From Utricularia gibba (Eukaryota > Plantae > Magnoliophyta): a stretch of 64,000 nucleotides of DNA. The notes below the pieces were generated by a model, which ran no database searches, was not told the origin of the DNA, and saw only the letters and a list, made by a program, of their open reading frames with translations. The first letter of the stretch is position 1, and every line of letters begins with the position of its first letter. Location: NCBI GenBank assembly GCA_002189035.1, contig CM007989.1, forward strand, positions 7,812,001 to 7,876,000. Reading direction: 5' to 3'. This document shows, one piece after another, positions 38,190 through 48,454 of the stretch. Position numbers and translations under genes: made by a program.

Positions 38190-39703
38190 TTCGACGTGGA
38201 ATTTTAATCTCGGAGAACAGACGCCATTGGAGCAGAGATTCTCTTAGTAAAGCTCTAATCTTTTGACTGCCACGGACACATATTAGAAGCTTGCCGACGA
38301 AGGATCGCAAAGGAGACGACGCTTTTTCCCTTCCGATCGTCTCCATCATTCCCTCTCTATGGGCTGGATTGGATTTACACCCGTGGTCCAATTTGGGGAG
38401 CCCAACAATACTGGCCTCGGCCCAATCCCAAAACAACTCATTTATATAAATAAATGGAGAGTTGACCGTACGATCCAAATACAGAAATATTGACAAAAAC
38501 AGGGTTTGAAAAAAAAAAATCTTTAGACAAACACGGGTTTGACTTGTTCTCCACTAAGACAAGGATGACGTGGATTTGCCACGTGTAATTAATCATGAGT
38601 TTGAAAAATAATCCTTACACAACCCTATTTTTCAAACCGACTTTGATGGAATAGACCCTAAAATAAAAAAAATATTAATTAATGCGTTTTCATATATCAT
38701 TCTAATTTCGGAAGATTCAAACGAGCACATTAAAAGTATATTGTTTTATATTATCAAACGAAATAATTTTACACTTCAAAATTTAAAATTGATTTGATTT
38801 TATATAATTTCAAATTACATGATAGCCCAATATTAAAATAAAAAATATCAAAGATAATTATTTTTATTATTCAAAATATCACATCAATTAGAGGCTTATC
38901 TATTGATTAGACCGCCAAATTGGCTGCATTCGTCTGGTCAAATGATCCTCATCAAATTCCTATTTAATAAATAGGAATAATAATTTAGAAAACGCGGATT
39001 GAAATTGTCTGCTTTAAGCGTTGCCGTCGTGGAGATGATGGTGAGGGTTGCTCGAGTGACTGGGTGTCATTCAAAAGGGACGGCTGGAGTTTCTGCTTTC
39101 TACGCCCTCTGCTACTTGCTTGATGGCCACCCACATCATCGTCGTTTCCCATCAAAAGTAGATTGCTGTGCTCTCAAGTTATTATCCCCACTTGTTCCAT
39201 TCATGACCGTCGTGGATTGCTGGCAACAAAAGAAACGTATTTGCTTCTGAAGTGGGAGCCAAAACTTGCATTTCCTCATCGGAAATACTGTGTTTGTGTT
39301 GTTTCTCTTTGGATGGTTGGACTTGCCGCCTTGATCAGATATATGTTCCCGTTTGTTGGAAACCTCCGGTGAACGACGGAAACTCTTATTGAGTGACAAA
39401 GAGAGGTACCCAGTTTGTTCTTGTTCGTTTGCTATGCTTTTATTGACAGGGTTTGTCTGCCTTATTAGAAAAAGGGGTAAGTAGCCAGAGCTAAATCACT
39501 TGCAGTTCATTTGACCGGCTGTTGATTCTGAACATGTGGTGCAGAATGATCGACCCTGTTCGTTGTGAATATGGTTTATGGATGGTTTGGATAAGAGTTT
39601 GTTTTTTATGTTGTGCTATGAAGTTTAGGATACGACTTAGAAAAAAATTACATGATGTTTTCTCTTGCAGGAAGCACAAAGCTTATAGGAACTCAATTTT
39701 TTC

Positions 39704-42293
39704 ATGGGAAATGATGTTGCAGCTGTAGATGGACTCATATCACATCAAGCTATTAAGGTATCAACACCATTTTTCAACTCCGGATTATCCTCCTCCACTT
39801 TGCATAATGATGTTGCTGCTTCACACTCTTCTTCAATTTCTTGAAACCTTCTCATTCTAATGATTCAGTTCCTTCTTTTCACAATGAATGTTCAGATTAT
39901 GGTTGTAACTATTATGTGAAAAAGTGAATCTTATCTATCTGATTGTGGGTTGGTTAATCAACTGAAGTTCTTTTAGGTATGTTTATTTATGACCGCAGCT
40001 GTGTATACAGGTGCATGCTCAATTGTGTTCAGAGCTTGGGAAATTAATTGACAAAGTTTCAAGAATTTTTTCAAAAGTTGAAGCGGTTCGCCCAGGATGT
40101 GCATCTGGGATAGAGGCACTATGTCTGTTGAACAATGGAATTGTCAAAGCCAAGTCCCTGTTGCAGCAGTGCAGTGATTCAAGCGTGCTCTATCTGGTAG
40201 CTATATTATTTAGTGTATATATTTTTGGGTTTAGACTCGTTATGGAGCTGTTGTCACACTGGATTGTCTTGAAACTTTTTCAGGCACTCACCGGAGATGC
40301 CGTTCTATCCAGATGCAGAAGGTCCAAGAATTTGTGGGAGCAGAGTCTGAGCCAAATTCAGAATATGGTCCCCGCATGCTTGCTACAGAGGTAAGCCACC
40401 AGGGTCCAAGTGAACAGAAAATAGGGAATAAGATGACTAGGAAAACAAACATTTTTTTTTGTTTCCTAATGATACATGGTTTGCCAGATTTGTGGGATTA
40501 TTGCTGATCTAAAGGGTGCCACATTTTGTTTGGATGCCCGAGAGGCAGAAGCTGGCCGGGTTCTTCATGATTTGCTCTGCAGATATGGTTCTTCTGTGGA
40601 TTTTCTTGAGGATTATGCACTCTCCGCCATTAGCACTATTTCCACCATGTTGCAGCTTTCCACGAAGAAGGCTCTTCTCATTGAAAAAAGATCAATCAGA
40701 AAGTTATTGGATAAAGTTGATGAAGGTAATAAAAGTAAGAGGAACATCCTCCTGTTCTTCCTAAATCTTTTAAAAGCCTATGAAAGGACACTATCAAGTG
40801 AGCCAAGGGACAGTGGTGCATCAGGTGATGCTGTTCCTTCAAAATGCAGAAGCCGTATCTGTTCAACTAGTGAGACAGAACTCTCTGAGACGTATAGTTC
40901 ATGTGAAGATCAGAGTAACATGACAACGGAGCCTCTGCAAACCGGTGAATCCATATGCTCTTCCTCTTCAAGGTGTGATCCTGCTCTCATGTCGTCAGAC
41001 CGAGCATGTGAAGGCAAGTGGATCGAAAAGTGGCTGCATAGAGAGGATAACATCTACCTGTCTGAGTTGAATACGGATATGGAGAAACTAATCTTGAAAT
41101 GCTCCTCCCCAGGTTATCTTGCTAATAGAGACCTGAATGTTGAAGATGCATCAGCTAAATCGATGAATCATGCATCAAGTCTTGGCAGTTCCATGAATGA
41201 TCTGATTCTTCCTCTGGATTTGAGTAACACTTCAACAGAATCTGGTCATGGTTTTGGTCTGCCTACTGATAAGATACGCAGCGGTGTAAACTCATCTCAC
41301 AGACTATGCACAGACTTCGTTTTGAGCTTCCATAGGCTTTCTTGGGATTCACGGTGTAGAGCAATCAAAGATGCCAAGATACTTGTTATGGACAACAGCC
41401 AATCCTTGTCTGAGATTCTATTAACAAATTTAGTTGGGGTTGTGATCAGATTCTTGAAGGATGCTTGGATGTTCCTCGACATGGAAGCACAGAAGACAGG
41501 ATGTCTCTTGCTTCTCGAGATTGTGCAGAAATACAACAGGGAGGAGATACCAGCATACATGACAGAAGATGGGTATGGTCTGCTGGCATCGTTCCTGGAT
41601 ACAGATGTCTCTGCACAAGCTCTCACCATACTGGAGGCATTGTCCTCCCGCCAAGAGTGCTGCCCTGACATCGCAAAATCTGGTGCTCTTGCCGGAATCT
41701 CCGCTGTACTTGATGGCAAGATTCAGGATTTGCTCTCACCTTCCTTGAATACACTGATGAATGTGTCTTCCACCATCGATTTTTCTCCTTACATTTCCCT
41801 CCCGGAGCTGACCCAGAAGCTGATCCGCCTTCTGGAAGATACTACCACACTAACAGTTCCATGCATGGCCATTTTGAGTAATCTGTCCAAAACAGCAGAC
41901 GGGCGGAAGTCGATCGCTGAAACGGAGGGGTGCATCGCGTCTGTTACAAACTATCTGGAACAAGAGGATCAGGAGCTCCAGGAACATGCTGTTTCTATAC
42001 TTGTCTCACTGTGCTCAAATGGGGCAGACTACTGCGCCATTGTCATGGAGGAAGGCGTCATCCCAGGGCTCGTCGGCGTCTCCTCCACCGGGAACACCAG
42101 AGCCATAGCCATGGCGGTGGAGCTTCTCAGGATCTTGAAAAATGAATTCAGCCCCACCGGAGAAAGGGTTGCAAGAGACGCCATCATTGAATCAAACAAA
42201 CCATGCAACGTGACCACTCCTTGGAGCAGCCGGGGTGTGTGGAGTAAAATTTTGTGCAGACCAAGCGTCAATAGTGTAAAGAAGAAATGGTAG
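39704..42293 (+). CDS. U-box/ARM-repeat protein, PUB5-like, with a degenerate U-box and an apparent 1-bp frameshift at 40370-40373
   Basis: Exons 39704-39757, 40011-40196, 40284-40390 (107 nt, one short), 40488-42293. N-terminal UND-type motif VHAQLCSELGKLIDKVSRIFSKVEAVRPGCASGIEALCLLN, LLIEKRSIRKLLDKV, and a C-terminal ARM region (EQEHAVSILVSLC, VMEEGVIPGLV). Confidence 0.87.
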
Positions 42294-42337
42294 CTTAAGA
42301 AATGGTTTTTTTTTCTATTTAGCACATCTCCAGACTT

Positions 42338-42354
42338 GCTGGAGTAGCTCAGTT

Positions 42355-42387
<33 letters not shown>

Positions 42388-42411
42388 AAGGTTCAAGCCC
42401 TTCCTCTAGCG
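42338..42411 (+). tRNA. trnN-GUU: tRNA-Asn (anticodon GTT)
   Basis: GCTGGAG/CTCTAGC acceptor stem, A-box TAGCTCAGTTGG, anticodon arm TGTGG-CTGTTAA-CCACA and T-arm GAAGG-TTCAAGC-CCTTC. Matches the plant cytosolic tRNA-Asn pattern. Confidence 0.96.
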
Positions 42412-42419
42412 GGGGCATC

Positions 42420-42424
42420 TTTTT
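42420..42424 (+). terminator. Pol III oligo-T terminator of tRNA-Asn
   Basis: T5 run 8 nt after the tRNA 3' end. Confidence 0.65.
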
Positions 42425-44845
42425 GTGATAATCACAATAATGATTCCTTTTAATGTTATTTTCACTATTTTCAAATATTGGGAAAATTGTTCATCATTAT
42501 TATAAATTGATCACAAATATTTGATTTCCACTTTATTAGTATTCATCAATTTTATATAAATAATACTCATTAGCAAGTTATTTAAAAAATTGGTAAAATT
42601 AGTCCTCAATTAATCATATCTAGTTTTTCAATAATTGTAGATTAATTATACACTTAAAAACAAATTATGCCAAGTACATGGTAAACTTTGAGAATTAATA
42701 ATATAGATACATCAAATTTTAGATGATTGATTTTGTCAATGATGACCAATTACATAAATTATATTAAAAAAATTAGGACTAATTTGTCATCATATTAAAT
42801 ATTGGGGTTTTTTCTGTAATTTTATTATTTATTTATTTATTTATTTATTTATTCATTAAAAAATTGGAATAAATTTATTTAATTGGTCAAAAATTGGGTT
42901 GTTGAAATTGAAAAAAAAAAGGCTATCAGGCAGCGGTTACTTGTCCGAAGGGGCAAGACATTGCCTGCTTCGACTCTTCACATTTAATTTAATGGAATTC
43001 CTTAATTAATTAATGGTTCGAACCCCCGTCACATCCATATTTTAAAATAATATTATTCATAATTTTTCTTGTATAAATGATCTTTTTTTCTAAATCTTAT
43101 CTTCATTTAATTTTTAGCTCATAAGTCGTTTGGTAGTCGATTTTAAATGATTTTAATAAACGATGTTGTTTAGTAGATGATTTTAACAAGATTTTTGCTT
43201 TAATAAATAATTTTATATAAGATGAAAGAAAAATAAGATATGGGATTATTTTATTTAAAGAATGGTGTTATATTTTGTTTTGGACAATAATATTTCTAAA
43301 ATAATTATGTAATTACCTTCAATAGCTTTTTATATTACTTTAATTATAATTTACATTCTAACAAATTTCTTCTCTTTTATCATTAAATATATTTTTAATA
43401 CATATCAATCAAATATATTTTTTTAAATAAATAACACTTAAACATACACTTAATGAAATTTTAGCGTACTTAATCCATCTTTAAATACATTTACTGATTA
43501 CCCGCTTGGGTTATTAAATGGTAAAACACATCCTAAAATATGTTTAAGAAAAGTCGCGGTCAAAACTCCGGGAAATATCTTCCACAAAAAATCCCCCCTA
43601 CAAACCGCCTCAAAATATCTATAAATAAATGCTTCGTGTAATCACGTGCTCATTTGGATTCAATGGATCCGAATAAAGAAATAAATGAACATTAATTTTA
43701 AAAAATATATTTATTATTTTTAATTTTCTTCTTTTGTGGAGTGGCGGGGACGCCAGGGCATTGCTTTACTTTGCACTCACGAAACTTTAAATGCCACTCA
43801 CCGCCTCCACAAGTCAAAGACCCGCCTTTTTCCTTTCAAATATAATATCTCAATAATCAATTTCCCTTTATTTATTTCTTTTTTTTAAACAAAAATAATT
43901 TGAAAATTATTGATATATACATATATATATACAGTGTAATTAAAATAATTATAATAAATGGTAGAAGTTTTTGAAAGAAAAGTCTAATATTATATTTTGC
44001 CATTGTATTATTAATTAAATCGAATTAACATCAATTTTTTATTTTGATTAAGAAATTATTTACATACATAATCTTTATTAATAAATATCAATACTTATTA
44101 AATATGTAAATAATATGATATAATGATATCTTCTAAACCGTGATAATACACAATATTCCTAACATATTATTTTGAAACTCGTTTCAAACCGATTGTGTTG
44201 GTGCATGAAAGGATGATAGTCCGATTTGATCAAGATTCGATTCTATTTTTGAAATTCAGGATTTGATCCGATTTAATTCAAATTTATGATTTTTTAGATT
44301 CGGATACAATACTTTTTTACACAAAATTAAAAAATTTTGAAATTTAGATATTTTTTTTAAAACAATGGTTCAAACTTGAATTAATTGATTATATTAAAAA
44401 AATTAATTGAGGAGGGGAAAAAAGGAATTTGTTGATGGGCCAAAGGAGACTTGTTGGGAAAGAAAACGCAGAAAAGCAAAAAAGGGTAGGTGGAATTTGG
44501 CTTGCCGTAGGCAGCCCACCCCATCGGCGGGGCGCCATCAGCGAAAGATGGGGTTTTTTTGGGGGTCCATGAGGAGGAAACCAACAATCGAGAAACAGCT
44601 CACGCCTCCTCCTCCTCTTCTCGTGCATTCCCGTCGCTTGCTTTCATTGATGTTATCGATTTCCGTGTCAAGCAAGCATCATCGTCACCACCCAATTCCC
44701 CCATTTACTTCCAGTGGGCGATAAAATCTCTTTTGCGATTCGTTTGGTCACTTGATGGACCCATTCCTCCTCGCCTTGTGATTTACCCTTCTCCTTCTCT
44801 CTCCCCTTCATCTCTGTGTTCCCCTTTGTGTTGGTTTTCTTAGAC

Positions 44846-46784
44846 ATGGGGCAAGAGGCTGTGGTGGTGGCGGGTGTCAACATGAGGTTGAAGCCTTCCA
44901 GGCTGGGGGCTCCTCCCCCGACTTCCTTGGCGCCGGGGTTCAGGTTCCATCCCACTGATGAGGAGTTGGTCAGATATTATTTGAGGAGGAAAGCTTGTGG
45001 TAAACCCTTTAGGTTCCAAGCTGTCGCTGAGATTGATGTGTACAAATCTGAGCCTTGGGAGCTTGCCGGTATCTTGATTCATTCATGGATCTCATTCGAA
45101 TGAATTTTTTTTTCTGCAAGATGTGCTTTTGCTTTTTCATGGGTATTGTGGTGTGGTTGGTATGCACGGAAAGCTGTGGCCTTTTCTTGCTTCTTCATGT
45201 GTTTATGTGTTCTGGTCTTAACCCGACTTAGGTTCACATTCTTGTATTCAAGATTGGATTTTTACACCCGAAGAGTTTGAGTAGAATTTTGGGTTCAAAT
45301 TTGAATTGATCTGAATAATTATGTTGACGATGACGAAACCATTGTTGGATAAGATTCGAGAAAGAAGCAAAAAACTAAAATTTGGGGACAGATCTGGAGT
45401 AGCAGAACAATGGCCCTTAATTGGTTGTATTAGTTGACTGATGGGGCGCAGGGGGTCATGAGAGCTTTCACTTTGATTTATGTGATGCTCCTCTATGTCT
45501 GGCTTACCCTTGTGTTTTAAAGCTCCTATTTTTATTTGGTATGCTCTATAACGGTCCCTTCTCTATGTTAATTTGTTCTGTTCTTCTGTGTTTGTCTTTT
45601 GGTTAGACTATTCATCTCTGAAGAGCAGAGATCTGGAGTGGTATTTTTTCAGTCCTGTGGATAGGAAGTATGGTAATGGGTCTCGTCTGAACCGGGCCAC
45701 CGGAAAAGGATACTGGAAAGCAACCGGTAAAGATCGAGCTGTGCGCCATAGGAACCAGAACATAGGGATGAAAAAAACTCTTGTTTTCCACAGTGGACGA
45801 GCACCAGATGGCAAGCGAACCAATTGGGTTATGCATGAGTACAGACTTTGTGATTCTGAGTTGGAAAGGGCAGGAGTAGCACAGGTGAGACTGCAGTTTC
45901 ATCCGCAGTTCAGTGTTTCTTTCTGCTGTTTATAATGAAACCTGAAGAACGTTTTCCCTTTTCTTTTGCGGAAAAGGATGCGTTCGTCCTATGTCGAATT
46001 TTCCAAAAAAGTGGTCTTGGGCCTCCCAATGGAGACAGGTATGCCCCTTTTGTGGAAGAAGAGTGGGATGATGAGGCTCTCATGGTTCCCAATGGTGATG
46101 CTGAGGATGACATGGCTAATGGGGATGATGCCCTGCCCGACGCCCCTGGTGTCGAGCTGGTACGGTTCCCTCTTTCTCTGCAGAGCTTCGTCTAGACTTG
46201 TCTGATATTCATTGAAGCAGAACCAGTTCGGAGAGACCTTTAATCTTTGTTTCTGTAATGTTCACTCGTGTACTGTAGCAGGAGGATCAAGCTCTCACCA
46301 TGGCCCCTCCGGCGATACCCCAACCGCTTCCTCTAATGTGCAAGAGGGAGAAATCAGAAGATTGCCCGGAGTCCAGCTTTGGTCAAACCAAAAGACCAAG
46401 GCAGGAGGATCCAAGCTCCGGCCAAACGAATGGCTCCGAGGACTCAACAACGACGTGCCAGGAGCACGCCGGAAGGATGATGACGACAACCAACAAGTTT
46501 TCCCCCACCCTGCTGGAATTCCCCCTCCTCCAACCAGTAGAAGCCAAAGAGAACCCTCCAACCAGCCACCATTTCACCTTCGACTCTTCCAATCTGGAGA
46601 AGTCCGTCCCCCCGGGTACCTGAAATTCATCAGCAACCTCGAGAACGAGATCCTGAATGTGTCGATGGAGCGGGAGACCCTCAAGATCGAAGTGATGAGA
46701 GCCCAGGCAATGATCAACGTCCTTCAGTCTCGGATCGACTTGCTAGTGAAGGAGAACGACGACCTGCGACGGTGTGGCTCTTAG
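44846..46784 (+). CDS. NAC domain transcription factor (ANAC050/051/052-like), with an apparent 1-bp frameshift at 46608-46613
   Basis: Exons 44846-45068, 45607-45884, 45977-46159, 46282-46784. Motifs [65 protein letters not shown], and the C-terminal coiled coil [27 protein letters not shown]. Confidence 0.92.
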
Positions 46785-47163
46785 GGAAGGTAGCTACCTA
46801 GCTAGGGCTGTTTACCCCTGTTAGATGAGTTGGGTTTTGTGAGTTTGGTAGAAATCCGCAGGAGTTGGTGCCGAGTTCTGCTAAACCCCCCTCTTCCTTT
46901 CATTCAAAACATCAACAAACCAATGGATGCTGCCTTCCTTCTGTCAAAGTAGGGATCTTTTGCCCATTACATGAATCAGAAAACAACCATAACCACAACC
47001 CATCATCAACACCTCAAAATAGTTTTGTATTTGTTTAGCAATGAAACAGTATAGGTAACAGAGACAGTGAGCAGGCTTCCCTCCCTCTAAAGGAGGGATC
47101 TTGAACACAGATCAAGAACCAGCCACAGAAGGAAACGCAAAAAGATGGAGCAATCCACTACAT

Positions 47164-47586
47164 TTAAGAACTGGTAAACTTGGTAACAGCCTTGGTTCCT
47201 TCTGAAACGGCGTGCTTTGCCAACTCTTGAATCTCCACTACAAGCCTCACTGCAGTTTGAATCTCCCGCGAGGTGATTGTAGGCTTCTTGTTGTATCGCG
47301 CCAGTCGCGATGCTTCTTGCGCCAGTTTCTCGAAAATGTCGTTGATGAAGCTGTTCATGATCCCCATCGCCTTGCTCGATATGCCGATATCAGGGTGCAC
47401 CTGTTTCAGCACCTTGAAGATGTAGATCTTGTAGGTTTCCGTAGCTTTCTTCCCGCGCTTCTTCTTCTTATCAGCCGCCGCTGCGGAAACGTCCTTCGGA
47501 AGCTTCTTTCCTGCCGCCTTCACCTTCTTCTCCGCCGGAGCCTTTTCCACCGCCGCGGCGGGCTTCTTCTCTGCCTTGGGCGCCAT
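47164..47586 (-). CDS. H2B: Histone H2B (intronless) with an atypical alpha3-alphaC junction
   Basis: 140-aa ORF: MAPKAEKKP..., [66 protein letters not shown]. Canonical VLPGELAKH is read as [10 protein letters not shown]. Confidence 0.97.
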   Translation of the reverse strand: MAPKAEKKPAAAVEKAPAEKKVKAAGKKLPKDVSAAAADKKKKRGKKATETYKIYIFKVLKQVHPDIGISSKAMGIMNSFINDIFEKLAQEASRLARYNKKPTITSREIQTAVRLVVEIQELAKHAVSEGTKAVTKFTSS

Positions 47587-47648
47587 TCAACGATATGAAA
47601 CCTCGGGTGGCAATGCGATCGCGATCGGCAATCGAGGGAAAGGTTTCT

Positions 47649-47710
47649 TATTTATAGGGAACAACAGTGAATTTTGATTGGCTGAATTGGGTTCACATCG
47701 GATCGTCACA
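47649..47710 (-). promoter_or_regulatory. Histone H2B core promoter: TATA box, two CCAAT boxes, octamer-like element
   Basis: Minus-strand TATAAATA at 47656-47649, CCAAT at 47681-47677 and 47690-47686, and TGACGATCCGA resembling the plant histone octamer GATCCGCG. Confidence 0.6.
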
Positions 47711-48454
47711 GCTGTTGAGATGGACGGTCCAGATCAAAGGGCTCGACCTCCATAGCGGGCCCCAGAATCTAATTTGGTATAATTTAATATCATTTTTTAT
47801 TCCGGAAAATCATGCAAAATTGTTTTACTTTTTCAAATTGAGTAAATAACAATAACAAATGAATACAAGTAAATACAATAAATTAGTTTTATTTAAAATA
47901 TAAGTATTTCATTCTGAAATTGCATATAATCGTAAAAATAATAAATAAGATTGTATTTATAAGTAAATAATTATTTTTCAATTTTTTTAAAAAATTATTC
48001 GAATCAAACGATAACAAAACAAAAATATATATGTTAAAAATAATAAAAACAATTAATATTTATCAAGACTCATCATATATAATTTTATTCTTATGTGTAA
48101 ATGTAAATCTCAATAATTGATTCGTTTGTGTAATTTTAAAGAATAATTAAACACATTTAATACGATTATATAAACAAAATACTATTTTTTCATTCGTTTT
48201 GGTTTCAAATAACTTCTCCTTTATTCTCATCCATTTGATGGAAGCCTCTAGTCTTCTGGGAAATGGTTTCAATGAAGCAAATTATTTTTCTAGTATATTG
48301 TGCAGGGAGACGACGCCTGGTCTCTTCTTATGAAGCTATACTACGAAGGAATTGGATTAGGCGGGGAAGTTAGCGACCGGGGAGTTGACAAGTTGGCTGC
48401 CTGAGATGATCTCCGATGGCGGGCTGGCTTCCTATCTGCTTCCAATGTCGGCAG

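Noticed and set aside
42029-42418. Minus-strand ORF MPPLEEGLEPSTLWLTATRSNQLSYSS
   Set aside because: This is the antisense translation of the tRNA-Asn gene and PUB coding end, a classic spurious ORF.
42590-42790. Short inverted repeat (AAATTAGTCCT / AGGACTAATTT) suggesting a MITE
   Set aside because: Only ~11 bp match in very AT-rich DNA and no target-site duplication.
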